The notes: generated by a model from the letters alone, not told the origin. A stretch of DNA of 64,000 nucleotides from a virus (IMGVR_UViG_3300024255_001563:32001-96000), one strand, 5' to 3'; shown: positions 1 to 9,897, counted from the stretch's first letter. Numbers and translations: made by a program.

Positions 1-1018
1 ATTCAAATACTTGTATTGCAGCATAGTCGCCACCTGTGCCCATACTAGGGTCGAGTGCAACAGCATATGTATATTGACTAGTTGGTTTTTTGTACCATCG
101 TGTTTGTCCCATATTGAGTACAGGATTGTCGCCTTCCATAGCAGCAAGCTTAATTGAATTAATTAGTGTTTCGTCAAATACTAGGAATTCGCAACCATAT
201 TCTCGTCGGAACTTTTCTTCACCGATACGCCCAACTTCTTCTACTTTCCACGCTTCGTCACGATCTGGATGTTCATCCCATTGTGCAACAAAACTATGAA
301 AGCCGTTTGATCCTAGCTCTTGCTCATTGCCGTGTGCATCAAATTTGTCTTCGGCTTGTTTCCAAATAGTAGCAAACGTATCTTCATCACTGTTAGGTGT
401 GCTAGTAATAATAGCTCTACCACCTGTTGCCAGTGTAGGTGATATCGAAGTCCAAAACTCTTCAGCAATGTTTGGTTGTACGAATGCAAACTCGTCACAG
501 TATAGTAGCGAGATACTCATACCACGTCCTGTGTTGCCTGTTGTAGTCTGTGCTACAATACGTGAACCGTTTTCAAATTCTATTGATTGTTTATTGTAGC
601 TTGTAACCCCTGCTCTAATATGATCAGGACAAGTTTCATACACAAAGCGTATACGAGACATAATCTCTTGCGCACCTGTGTATTTGTGTGCAGCAACTAG
701 AATAGTTTGGTCTGGATTAAACATTGCATACCAAGCAAGGTATATACTAGCACAGGTTGTTTTACCTGTTTGTCTAGGCATCATGTTAATGTTAAAGCGA
801 TAGTTATGATAGCTGTGCATCAAACGCAGCTGATATTCAAAAGGATCAAACAGCAACTTACCTTTTACAGGGTGTTGAATGTATGCAAACTTACGAGCAA
901 AGTACAAATACCCCTCGTCAGGATCCATACATTTCATCAAGTCTTCGACTTGTTCATTTGTGAATGTTTCTTGTTTGTTAGCTTTCTTAATAAGAACGCC
1001 GTCTAATGATGCTGCCAT
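1..1018 (-). CDS. terL: Terminase large subunit (T4 gp17-like), 3' end truncated by the window edge; absent from the ORF track
   Basis: Manual translation from ATG at 1018 gives MAASLDGVLIKKANKQETF... with Walker A PRQTGKTT, Walker B LLYCDEFAF, coupling motif ITSTPN and the start of the nuclease domain (ALDPSMGTGGDYAAIQV). The frame stays open to the window edge. Confidence 0.95.
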   Translation of the reverse strand, partial: MAASLDGVLIKKANKQETFTNEQVEDLMKCMDPDEGYLYFARKFAYIQHPVKGKLLFDPFEYQLRLMHSYHNYRFNINMMPRQTGKTTCASIYLAWYAMFNPDQTILVAAHKYTGAQEIMSRIRFVYETCPDHIRAGVTSYNKQSIEFENGSRIVAQTTTGNTGRGMSISLLYCDEFAFVQPNIAEEFWTSISPTLATGGRAIITSTPNSDEDTFATIWKQAEDKFDAHGNEQELGSNGFHSFVAQWDEHPDRDEAWKVEEVGRIGEEKFRREYGCEFLVFDETLINSIKLAAMEGDNPVLNMGQTRWYKKPTSQYTYAVALDPSMGTGGDYAAIQVFE

Positions 1019-1023
1019 AATAT

Positions 1024-1029
1024 TATTTA
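1024..1029 (-). promoter_or_regulatory. Late promoter hexamer TAAATA, 5 nt upstream of the terL ATG
   Basis: Minus strand reads ggTAAATAatattATG with no SD; resembles the T4 late promoter TATAAATA. Confidence 0.7.
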
Positions 1030-1032
1030 CCC

Positions 1033-1060
1033 AAAAAAATAGCACCCGAAGGTGCTATTT
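1033..1060 (-). terminator. Rho-independent terminator after the 345-aa gene
   Basis: AAATAGCACC-TTCG-GGTGCTATTT followed by a T run; cUUCGg tetraloop. Confidence 0.9.
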
Positions 1061-1088
1061 GGCCGTTCGCTCTATCGGTAGAACGTTC

Positions 1089-2126
1089 TTATTTCTTTTG
1101 GAACTGTGGAGGTACTACACCTTTTTTAGGCTTGCTTCCGCCTTTGCTTTTCTTGTCACCAGTCTTTTGATTTAAGAAAGCAGGCTTATCGTCATCAGTG
1201 CCTTTTTTGCCATCTGGTCCTGCGCCCATAGGCATCTTCTTTTCAGCAAGTGCTGCCCATAATTTACTTTTTATAGATTCAGTTGCCATTGGATTATCGC
1301 CACGTTGTGCCGCTTTGTATGATTTCTTTTCGCGGTTGATACCACCACTTAAATCTTTAATCATTACTTCGTGATCGTCATACTTCTCATCTGGTTCGTT
1401 AGCGTAACCTTCAAGATTTGGAAGATGATCGTAGTCACTGTCATCGCTACCGTCAATCATATCCATAGCATCTTGTGCTACCATAGAAGCACGATTTGGA
1501 CCGCCGCCTTCACCTTCGCCGAAGTCTTCTGGCTCAAGACTTCTAAGTACTTTAAAAGCATTTGTTACTATTGGATCGCCCATATCTTTAACTTCGTCAA
1601 ACATATCATTTAGTTCATCAACAACGTTGTCGTAACTATGCATTCCTTTTTGTATTTCTTGTGCAAAATCGTGTAGTTGTTCTTGCATATCAGTTACAGC
1701 ATCTTTCATGCCGCCTTCTTCCATATCTGCTTCATCGCCTTTAGGAAGTGGCATTTCTTTATCGTCAAATCCTGGCTCGTCCATTATACTCGACAAGCGT
1801 TCCATATCCATACGTGGTGACATCATTTTGTCTGCTGCTGGTGCTGCATCACCTAGTCCTGCGTTCTTCATCATATCTAATAAATCAGCAACATGTTCTT
1901 TGCCACTTGCATTCATTGATACACTTACTGTTACTGGATTACCTTTGTCCATCTCTGGTGCAGGTATTGTAGGCATAGGTCCTTCGTCAACCATTGGTCC
2001 ACATTCATCTACTGCCTGAATTGACTCTAAAATAGTTTTCATATCGTTAACATTTGATCCTGCTACTGACGGCTTATCGCCTGCTGCTGCTGAATCCATA
2101 TTTTCTAAGATTTTTTTCATATCCAT
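1089..2126 (-). CDS. Acidic, Met-rich probable prohead core/internal head protein
   Basis: 345 aa, D/E-rich, repeated [ILV]-x-E motifs (ILEN, ILES, NLEG, VDEG) resembling gp21-protease cleavage sites; SD GGAGG. Confidence 0.55.
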   Translation of the reverse strand: MDMKKILENMDSAAAGDKPSVAGSNVNDMKTILESIQAVDECGPMVDEGPMPTIPAPEMDKGNPVTVSVSMNASGKEHVADLLDMMKNAGLGDAAPAADKMMSPRMDMERLSSIMDEPGFDDKEMPLPKGDEADMEEGGMKDAVTDMQEQLHDFAQEIQKGMHSYDNVVDELNDMFDEVKDMGDPIVTNAFKVLRSLEPEDFGEGEGGGPNRASMVAQDAMDMIDGSDDSDYDHLPNLEGYANEPDEKYDDHEVMIKDLSGGINREKKSYKAAQRGDNPMATESIKSKLWAALAEKKMPMGAGPDGKKGTDDDKPAFLNQKTGDKKSKGGSKPKKGVVPPQFQKK

Positions 2127-2130
2127 AATT

Positions 2131-2688
2131 TCAGCCTCCTACAACTGCTTTAGTATTTTCTACATCGCCAATGTCAGATGACTCTCCAACTGGTGCGCCT
2201 TCTGCACCACTGTGTTCATTTTCTTTGCGAGCAGTTTCTAATTCTTTTAACAAACTCATCACACGATTGCCTGCTACATCTTCTTGTGCAGTTTCGCCGC
2301 CCATGTCTTCTTTGGTTAACATAGATTCGTATGGCGCAGTGTCTTTTAGTTTTTGATATTCTTCTCTAGGATCATTCATATTGCGTACAATAATGTATGA
2401 TTGATCAATGCCACAACACTTACCCAAATACTCTTGTAGTACTTGACTAGTTGTTGGGTATTCAACTTCTGCTTCAAAATATGTAACTTCCATATTTTGT
2501 AACTGCGGGAAGTCTAGTGGACGCTCTTGTATCGGCGTCTTTTTACCCGATGTCATGTTTATTACACTAAATTTCTTTAGAGCAGTTTCTAACTTATCTA
2601 CACAGTCGTCTGGACAGTTTCCAGCAACTCCTATTTTAAATTCATAAGTCTTTTTAGACTCGGTAAGTATTTCTGTAAATGATCTCAT
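2131..2688 (-). CDS. Hypothetical virion/head-associated protein
   Basis: 185-aa ORF with TAAATA at 2716-2721 and AGGA SD; N-terminal LTES motif. Confidence 0.55.
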   Translation of the reverse strand: MRSFTEILTESKKTYEFKIGVAGNCPDDCVDKLETALKKFSVINMTSGKKTPIQERPLDFPQLQNMEVTYFEAEVEYPTTSQVLQEYLGKCCGIDQSYIIVRNMNDPREEYQKLKDTAPYESMLTKEDMGGETAQEDVAGNRVMSLLKELETARKENEHSGAEGAPVGESSDIGDVENTKAVVGG

Positions 2689-2714
2689 TGCGCATTGATC
2701 CTGTTGTCTATGTA

Positions 2715-3215
2715 TTATTTATCTTTATCTAAGCCTTTAAGTCGCTCTAAAAGACTATTTCTATCAGTAACTACATAACCTTCGCCGTTAATGATAGAGT
2801 CGTCATTTTTATTACTATCTTTGTCCATTTTTTCTTTTTTAAGTTGTAGTTCAACCATTTTTAATTTTTTGTCTAATTTTGCAACTTTAGCATCTAATCC
2901 TGTTTTAAGCATCCCGCCTGCAACTTCAAATACACGACCGCTGTAACGACTTTCAACATTCATACCTAAATCCATTAGATCTTCATATGCTTGCATTGCT
3001 TTATCTGCTACTTCATTAAGTTCTTTATCAGCTGCTTCGCCTAGGCCTTTTACACTTGGCAGTGCCGCAGTAATTTTATCAAACTCGGCTATATCTCTAA
3101 AAGTTTCTGCTTGTTCGATTTCGTATGCTTTTTGTTCTTCTTCTTGATCTTCTGCTTGTTCAATGATTTCTTTTGAATCAGGTAAGTTTAACAAGTCTTC
3201 TAATTTTTTAGTCAT
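2715..3215 (-). CDS. terS: Terminase small subunit (gp16-like)
   Basis: Helical segment YEDLMDLG...RVFEVAGGMLK...KLDKKLKMVELQLKK resembles the RAYEVAGQLIK core of T4-like gp16; close to terL. Confidence 0.7.
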   Translation of the reverse strand: MTKKLEDLLNLPDSKEIIEQAEDQEEEQKAYEIEQAETFRDIAEFDKITAALPSVKGLGEAADKELNEVADKAMQAYEDLMDLGMNVESRYSGRVFEVAGGMLKTGLDAKVAKLDKKLKMVELQLKKEKMDKDSNKNDDSIINGEGYVVTDRNSLLERLKGLDKDK

Positions 3216-3244
3216 GGGTCCAATCCATTATATGCTACTATTAT

Positions 3245-3682
3245 TTATCTTTTACGACCATTGTGGAAAATATCATCTTCAGTAACAATACGGAATATTA
3301 TTCCTTTTTGTTTACACCATGCTCTAGCTGCTTCCCACTTTGCTTGATTAACAACATAATGTGCTTGATTATGTTTACTTCTGCCTAGTCTTTCTCGCAT
3401 TGCTTGATTAGCAGGTTTAACTTCAATTAATTCTACACGCTGCTTCGTGCCTTTGTCTGAATAAACTATAAAAAAATCCGGAACATATATAGTTTGCTTG
3501 CCGGTAAGTGGATTTCTATAAGGTATGCGTATTGCTTCACTAGCCCATTGTAATATAGCAGGATGATCGTCACACATTTTCATAAATGTAAATTCCCAGC
3601 CTGATCGATACGTAGGTGTTTTTGTACCTACATACTTTTGTGGGTTTTTTAGATTATACTTACCTTGAGCAAAACGTCCCAT
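3245..3682 (-). CDS. gp4: Head completion nuclease (T4 gp4-like, TnsA/PD-(D/E)xK fold)
   Basis: GKY..KNPQKY.G...TYRSGWE..FMK.CD..P.ILQWASE...IPY...YVPDF...IEVKP signature. Confidence 0.9.
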   Translation of the reverse strand: MGRFAQGKYNLKNPQKYVGTKTPTYRSGWEFTFMKMCDDHPAILQWASEAIRIPYRNPLTGKQTIYVPDFFIVYSDKGTKQRVELIEVKPANQAMRERLGRSKHNQAHYVVNQAKWEAARAWCKQKGIIFRIVTEDDIFHNGRKR

Positions 3683-4047
3683 TAGACAATAATATTTCTA
3701 GCCTCGAGTCTCAAACCTTCAATGTTAGTTTTAAAACCTAACTGACTGGTTTTATCTCTGCTGTTATTAAGTATTTGTCCTACAACATTATTAAGTTGTA
3801 CATCATTAACGCCGTCTAAAGTGTCTAATAGTTTTTGTACAGGAATTTTATCAATCCTTGCTTGTGCTAATAATATATTAGCAGTTGAAGTTGCACTGAC
3901 TTCTTCAAAGCCTCTTTTTAAAAAATAACCAATCGCTGAATCAATATCGGCTGCACTAAATGCTGCTGTTGGTTGATAAAATTTATCAAAAAATCGTTTA
4001 ACTTTTGTTGCGCTATCTGGGCTTAAAGTATTTGGTACCTGTGACAA
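3682..4047 (-). CDS. Hypothetical protein, TTG start
   Basis: 121-aa ORF; AGGAGA SD 6 nt before TTG; TAATG coupling to gp4. Confidence 0.7.
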   Translation of the reverse strand: MSQVPNTLSPDSATKVKRFFDKFYQPTAAFSAADIDSAIGYFLKRGFEEVSATSTANILLAQARIDKIPVQKLLDTLDGVNDVQLNNVVGQILNNSRDKTSQLGFKTNIEGLRLEARNIIV

Positions 4048-4057
4048 TAAATTTCTC

Positions 4058-5236
4058 CTATTTTATAGCATTTACGACTGCGTTTGCTAGATTTACAATC
4101 TTTCTGTCGCCGCCTACTAATTTTCCAATAATTTCGGTTTGTATTGCTTTCTGTGTTGCACTTTCTAATGTGTCATACTGTTGAAAATTTCTACTACTAT
4201 ACGAATCACTAAACGAACCTGTGCCTAAAGTAACTTTAACTAGACTATTTAAAGCAGCAGGATTGTTTAATATTCTATCAGCAAGTACACTAGGATCGTT
4301 ACCTACATCTCTAACAGTATTTGCAATTCTTATAGCAAGATCAACTTCTGGTGCACCTGGAAATTTAAGATTATTTATGCCGCCGGTACTTAATACTGAA
4401 TCAGCTATTATTGCTCCTAATGTAGGAGCACCTGTGCTAGAATTTCTACCTAATAATGGATTAGTAGGATAACCAAAATTATTTGATGTGTGCCTAAAAG
4501 GTCTAGGTTGATCAGCATAAAATTGTTCTAGTTTATCACTAACAGGACTAGGTGTATTATCGTATCCAGTTTCTGGTGCAGTAAATCCTTTTGGCGTGTC
4601 AAAATCATTTACATATCCGCTATCATATAATACCGATTCATACATTACTGTTAATTGATTTTCAGTAATACCTGAGGCGTCACTATAATCCAAATCACTA
4701 TGTTGCCAGTTTTGCACTACTGGATTAATTAATGTATAACTATTCCATTCTTGTTTTGCTAATTGAAAAATTTTAATTTCTTTAAAAAAGGGTGTATTAA
4801 AGTTATTATCTAACCCGTAGCTAGGAACACTGTTTGCAAACTTATCTAGTGGATCATAATCAAATCCAGAATTTTTCTTACCGTCTCTATAATAAAAATT
4901 ATAATATTCTTTTAATAAGTCTTTTGTGTGTCCTGCCATATCGTCGTGAAATGTAAAAGTTACAGGTTCGTAGTCTATTCGTGTTTGAACATTCTTTTTT
5001 CTATTATATTGTTGCACAGTAGAAATCTGTGATGTATATGAAGGTAAGTTTAAACTTTTAACTAATACATTTATTAAATTATTTTTAAAAGAAGAAATAG
5101 GAGACTTAAATCTTGCTTCGGGTGTTAGGTCAAAATAGCAATGATATAGATACTTAACCTTCGGAGAAAAATCAAGCCTCTGTTGTGTATATAAATTATG
5201 GGCATGCTGAGCATCTCGTAAAAGAATTGACGACAC
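4058..5236 (-). CDS. Tail-tube-fold baseplate/tube initiator protein (gp54/gp48-like), GTG start
   Basis: LVKSLNLPSY...QYNRKKNVQTRIDYEPVTFTFHDD parallels the gp19 tube fold. TAAATA 5256-5261 and AAGGAG SD place the start at GTG 5236 rather than 5302. Confidence 0.7.
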   Translation of the reverse strand: MSSILLRDAQHAHNLYTQQRLDFSPKVKYLYHCYFDLTPEARFKSPISSFKNNLINVLVKSLNLPSYTSQISTVQQYNRKKNVQTRIDYEPVTFTFHDDMAGHTKDLLKEYYNFYYRDGKKNSGFDYDPLDKFANSVPSYGLDNNFNTPFFKEIKIFQLAKQEWNSYTLINPVVQNWQHSDLDYSDASGITENQLTVMYESVLYDSGYVNDFDTPKGFTAPETGYDNTPSPVSDKLEQFYADQPRPFRHTSNNFGYPTNPLLGRNSSTGAPTLGAIIADSVLSTGGINNLKFPGAPEVDLAIRIANTVRDVGNDPSVLADRILNNPAALNSLVKVTLGTGSFSDSYSSRNFQQYDTLESATQKAIQTEIIGKLVGGDRKIVNLANAVVNAIK

Positions 5237-5285
5237 AATGAATCTCCTTATAAAGTATTTATTATAATCAATTATATACGCACAT

Positions 5286-5316
5286 AAAAAAATAGAGAGC
5301 AAAAGCTCTCTATTTT
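5286..5316 (-). terminator. Rho-independent terminator after the tail tube gene
   Basis: 12-bp stem AAAATAGAGAGC/GCTCTCTATTTT with a T tract on the minus strand. Confidence 0.85.
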
Positions 5317-5339
5317 ATAGTTATGCCACTATATAATAA

Positions 5340-6017
5340 TTAACCTTGAACTGACTGGTTACCTGTAACTAGTACTCCAGGTCCTGTTGACGTGTCACCA
5401 CTTGGTCTATTAACAGGTTCGCCTACGCCATTATTTCTAGTAGTTCCGTCTGCATCTGTTTGTACTGCATTGTCGTATCTTATACTTAATGTAACAGTAA
5501 CTGGATCAGTCGATGCACTATATGCTAATGAATTATAATTAGCTGATTCTAAATAGCAACCTACTAGATTCCATTGTTCTAATACAGTTGGAGCTGTTGC
5601 GTCTCCGCCGTTGCCGCCGTCTAATATTTGAATTTTTGTTTCAAATTTATAACTTGCTCCAGAAACTGCACTTGCTTGTTCATAAAAGTCAAATTGTTTC
5701 TGTAACTGTTGTCCGGTTACTTTACTTATATTATTATTTACATCGTCACGTAATGTAAGTGTAATCGGATCCCAAGAATGTTTACCTGCAAGGTATGATC
5801 TTGAGTTATACACATCTAGTGTAATTGTTTCGAAATTAACTGTTGGACGAGTAACGTCTACAACCTGTTTTGTTACTTCAGTTAGTAGTCCTCCGTCAAT
5901 ACCAAAATTTTGTAATACAACTCGAAATCTGTATTGCAATTTCGGCATTAACAATGTGCCGTTTCTTTGGCCATCGTCGATCGGAACCGAAATATTTCTT
6001 AATGATGTTAGTGGCAT
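5340..6017 (-). CDS. gp19: Tail tube protein
   Basis: LMPKLQYRFRV...VTRPTVNFE...YLAGKHSWDPITLTLRDD...W.LVGCY...LSIRYDNA; follows the sheath gene; TAAATA 6042-6047. Confidence 0.9.
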   Translation of the reverse strand: MPLTSLRNISVPIDDGQRNGTLLMPKLQYRFRVVLQNFGIDGGLLTEVTKQVVDVTRPTVNFETITLDVYNSRSYLAGKHSWDPITLTLRDDVNNNISKVTGQQLQKQFDFYEQASAVSGASYKFETKIQILDGGNGGDATAPTVLEQWNLVGCYLESANYNSLAYSASTDPVTVTLSIRYDNAVQTDADGTTRNNGVGEPVNRPSGDTSTGPGVLVTGNQSVQG

Positions 6018-6082
6018 ATTTTATCCTCTCTTTGATACATATATTTAGCTCTTTTTAGTAATCAGGCCCTAGGGCCTAATTA

Positions 6083-9000
6083 TCAACCTCCTAATGCAGC
6101 AATTTCGCCTGTGTTTTTAATACGCAACGGAATGTAAATAAATTCAATTGCTTTTACTGGTTCAATTGCTATATCTAACCAAAGCTCGTTACGATCAATT
6201 CTAGCTGGTGTGTTATTTGAATCATCACATACTGTAATGAAATCATACAATGCACGTAAGCTAACTAATTCTAAACAGAATGCATCAGCTGCTGATTTGA
6301 CTTGATCTCTTGTGATTCTGTCATTCGGTTCAAACAAGTAAGGTCTTGCTAATAGTTCAAGCTGTGTTCTCATATAAACAATCAACCTTGCTACATTAAC
6401 TCTATCAAGAGCGCTTGCATTTCTTGCTCTAGTTTTTTGACCAAATACAACTAATCCTGCTCCACTAATAAATGTAATTGGATTAATATTATTTTCGTAT
6501 AATGTATCTCTTTGTCCTGTATTAAGAGAAATACTTACAAACTCTCCTTCAGAATTTACATATCCTGAACTTGTTGCGTTTGTAACTCCGCCACGTCTTG
6601 TACCAGCTGGTGCAAACCATGGATAAGCAACTTGGTCATTTATTATCATTGTGCGTAGAGCCATATGACTTGGTGGAACAGCAATGTTATTACCGTTATT
6701 ATCGCTTGAGAATCCCCATGGATAATACATACCTAAATATTCATCAAAACTCACAGCACCATTATCATTATCTTCTACTGCTGAACGAACATTTGCTGCC
6801 CAGTTATTCAAAGATGTTGCATCTGGTGTTAATCTTGCAGGAGAATCACCTACAACAAATCCTGTTAAGCGTCTGTCGTAATTAAGTGTGATCAATTCTC
6901 CGATTAGTTCCGGATATCCTGGACATGCCATTAAGTTAAATCTTCTTGCTTCTTCGTCACGGATATCTTGATTACTGTTAACATTTGCTTGTAATGACTG
7001 TACAACTGATTTTCGTTGTGCAAGTCTACCAAATGTACCCGAACCGTCTGCATTATTACCACTTAGTGTTACCCAACGGTGTGGATAATATGTATCCATT
7101 GATTGTGCATTACCGTTAGCATCAAACACATCTCCGCTATCAACTGTATATTGCTCGTTATCACCCGATGTATCTATGTAGTTGCGCTCAAAACGCTTAA
7201 CATTAAATCCGCTTCTACGTGTGTTCCATAGTAGCATACCTTTTGGATATAGTGCTGGATCTGGACAATCAGGATCTACATAATTGCTTTCTAGTAGATC
7301 TGTAATTTCTGCTGCATCACTTTCTGATCCTGCTGTGCCCCAACGTGCGTCTGCAAATAGTATACCATTTTCAGTTGTTTGATCTGTTTTATCTAACAAC
7401 ACCCACGAACTTAAAGCTTCGTTATATTTGTATACAGTTCCGTACTCTTCAATGTCGCCAGTTGCAATCCAAATATCGCCATCTTGTAATGGATCTGCTT
7501 GTGAATTTTCAGTAGGTTCACTAGCTGATACTATAGGTCCATTTGGATCTGTATCACCAGTACCATTTCCGTGATCATAATTTAAATACCCTATCCAGTT
7601 TGCACCGTCGTGTATCATCATATCAACTTCGTCTACTACTGAACTGTACCAAACTTCGCCGTCTGCTGTTAAGCTTAATGGTGCATCAACTGCTGGAGTA
7701 TAGTTTAATACTTTCCAGTTTGAAGCTAAAAATACACCAGAAACGCTAACTTCACCTAGTAGTGTCGGTGCGTCTGTAATAATTTGGTTTGGTGCACCAT
7801 ACAAGTTTGATGTAGTTGAAGTGTCTCCTGCAACAAATGCAGCAAATCCTGAAGAAGCTAATGCTCCGTCGATATCGTAAAGATAAAAATCACCGCCTGT
7901 TTTATGTTCAATAGTAATTCTATTTTGACTATCAACACTTGCTACAATATTTGTTAAACCTGCTGCGTTAATTGCGCCTGCAATTGTATCTGCATCACCT
8001 GATGCGCCTGCTGCTGTAAAACTAACAGTTACTGGTGCAGCAAATACATTTGAATTTGTTTTTGTTTCAGCAATTGCAAAGTCATATGCAACTAAATTTG
8101 TTAATCCAGTTGTAATTTTAGGACTTTTAATAGATGTAGTACCGCTAGAATTTCTACGATAAAATTTAAAGTTAACTTTTGGATTAGTATCTTCTTCAAA
8201 ATTTACTTTTGCATAAAGATCGCCCGTTACAAGATTTGACCCACCGCCGGCTCTGTCTAATCCATATAGTGCTGCTGAACTAGTTTGAAAAGCAGGAACA
8301 GTTAATCTTTCCCATAAATTAGTTTCAGCGTTATAATTTTTTATACGTAGATCAATACCGCCATTTGGTTCTGTTGTTTTAAACCAAATTGAACCAGTTG
8401 GTCTTGGGTTAACATCTACTGCTTTAAACGTAGGTACACTTGTATGATCAGCAACAGCAACTTTAGGTGAATAATAAGTGCCTGCTACTAGCCCAAGTTC
8501 TGCATTTGCTGTTCCTGCGCCTATTACTAAGCTTTCGTTTGTTGTATATATTTCTAATGCACTATCTACAACTGCTGCCGACACTCCTGAAATACCTGCA
8601 TCATTAATATCCACTGCTGCTAATGCTGCCGATGCACCACTTAATGTAATTGCTACTGCGCCGTCAATAATAACTGTATTACTAGGTGTAACTGTTGGAT
8701 TTTGCAACGAACCTCTTACTGTATAATGACTAGACTTCCATGCATCTGACCCAACTTCTACCCAAGTTCCGCTATTATTTTTATAGTATGTACTATTCAT
8801 AGTGGTAATGGCTACAATGCAATAATCGCCTATTGCACCTACGCTTGCTTTAGGTGCTCCCGGTGCTGATAAACTTTCGCCTACTGTTCTATCAACATCA
8901 TTTGGAGTTAAAACAATAGGTACTATAGTATTAAAACTTTGTCCGCCGGCTGCATTAATAGCTGCGCCATTCCATTCTTGAATTCCAAAGTCTGTAGATT

Positions 9001-9418
9001 GTACATCAAACCAGTATGAGCCTGCTTCTGGTTCGCCTCCTGGTGCAGTTGCACTTGCTGTTAGTTTTCCTAAATCAAGATCTGCTCTACATACATATAC
9101 ACGATTAGTAACTCCTAATAACGAATATGCAGTTTGTAATCCGTATTCATTTAGTTCTCCTGCATGAATCGGATTATTGTTAGTATCAGTATAAAATGTT
9201 GGAGTACCAAATAATTCAACTAATTCTCTTTGTGAAGTAACTAAGTACGGTGTTCCAGCATTTGCTGCTAGTGTTCCTGCTGCTAGCTCTGAGCCGCTGC
9301 CGTTCAGCTTATTTTCAGCAGAAGCTACAAATATCATAGGTACAGTACCAGCAGCTGCCGGAGTATAAAAACTCTCGTCTATGACTTGTACTTCTACACC
9401 TGGTGATGTTAATGCCAT
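6083..9418 (-). CDS. gp18: Tail sheath protein with large internal insertions (1111 aa)
   Basis: N-terminal MALTSPGVEVQVIDES; C-terminal PWFAPAGTRRG, LYENNINPI, FGQKT, LDRVNVARL, FEPND, IEPVKAIEFIYI; TAAATA 9453-9458. Confidence 0.95.
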   Translation of the reverse strand: MALTSPGVEVQVIDESFYTPAAAGTVPMIFVASAENKLNGSGSELAAGTLAANAGTPYLVTSQRELVELFGTPTFYTDTNNNPIHAGELNEYGLQTAYSLLGVTNRVYVCRADLDLGKLTASATAPGGEPEAGSYWFDVQSTDFGIQEWNGAAINAAGGQSFNTIVPIVLTPNDVDRTVGESLSAPGAPKASVGAIGDYCIVAITTMNSTYYKNNSGTWVEVGSDAWKSSHYTVRGSLQNPTVTPSNTVIIDGAVAITLSGASAALAAVDINDAGISGVSAAVVDSALEIYTTNESLVIGAGTANAELGLVAGTYYSPKVAVADHTSVPTFKAVDVNPRPTGSIWFKTTEPNGGIDLRIKNYNAETNLWERLTVPAFQTSSAALYGLDRAGGGSNLVTGDLYAKVNFEEDTNPKVNFKFYRRNSSGTTSIKSPKITTGLTNLVAYDFAIAETKTNSNVFAAPVTVSFTAAGASGDADTIAGAINAAGLTNIVASVDSQNRITIEHKTGGDFYLYDIDGALASSGFAAFVAGDTSTTSNLYGAPNQIITDAPTLLGEVSVSGVFLASNWKVLNYTPAVDAPLSLTADGEVWYSSVVDEVDMMIHDGANWIGYLNYDHGNGTGDTDPNGPIVSASEPTENSQADPLQDGDIWIATGDIEEYGTVYKYNEALSSWVLLDKTDQTTENGILFADARWGTAGSESDAAEITDLLESNYVDPDCPDPALYPKGMLLWNTRRSGFNVKRFERNYIDTSGDNEQYTVDSGDVFDANGNAQSMDTYYPHRWVTLSGNNADGSGTFGRLAQRKSVVQSLQANVNSNQDIRDEEARRFNLMACPGYPELIGELITLNYDRRLTGFVVGDSPARLTPDATSLNNWAANVRSAVEDNDNGAVSFDEYLGMYYPWGFSSDNNGNNIAVPPSHMALRTMIINDQVAYPWFAPAGTRRGGVTNATSSGYVNSEGEFVSISLNTGQRDTLYENNINPITFISGAGLVVFGQKTRARNASALDRVNVARLIVYMRTQLELLARPYLFEPNDRITRDQVKSAADAFCLELVSLRALYDFITVCDDSNNTPARIDRNELWLDIAIEPVKAIEFIYIPLRIKNTGEIAALGG

Positions 9419-9528
9419 TTTTTCTTTCTCCTATTGGGTAGTGTTCTTAATGTATTTAGTAGATTTATTTTAAATCCACCTATTAAACCATACGAAAAAG
9501 GGGCGAAAAAGGTGCGATAAATAAAGTT

Positions 9529-9867
9529 ATGAGACCATTATGTATTTGTAAGCAAAGACCAGCAGCAATTAATTACCGTAAAGGTAATAAAGTATACTAT
9601 AGAAAAAAATGCGAAATCTGTGTTAAGCATGGAAGTATCGGACACGGTCTTCCAAGGTGGCAAATTGCAGGATATATTAAAAAAGACTATTGTGAAAAGT
9701 GTGGATTTAAATCTAAGTATCAAGAACAATTTGACGTTTTTCATATAGATGGGCGTTTAGAAAATTCTAGACCTAGTAACTTAAAAACTATATGTGCAAA
9801 TTGTCAGCGTATTTTACAAAAAGAAGGATCGTTATGGAAACAAGGCGATCTTACTCCAGATTTTTAG
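9529..9867 (+). CDS. Zn-finger HNH-like endonuclease
   Basis: CEIC, CEKC, FHIDGRLENSRPSNLKTICANCQ (terminal His replaced by Gln); TAAATA 9518-9523 lies 5 nt before the ATG. Confidence 0.75.
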   Translation: MRPLCICKQRPAAINYRKGNKVYYRKKCEICVKHGSIGHGLPRWQIAGYIKKDYCEKCGFKSKYQEQFDVFHIDGRLENSRPSNLKTICANCQRILQKEGSLWKQGDLTPDF

Positions 9868-9868
9868 G

Positions 9869-9897
9869 TTGACATTTAATTTACTTTATGTTATTAT
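9869..9897 (+). promoter_or_regulatory. Sigma70-type promoter with extended -10
   Basis: TTGACA, 17-nt spacer, TGnTATTAT. Confidence 0.8.

Noticed and set aside
6064-6077. Perfect palindrome AGGCCCTAGGGCCT between sheath and tube genes
   Set aside because: It has no U tract, so it is not called a terminator. It is probably an mRNA-stabilising hairpin and is unremarkable.
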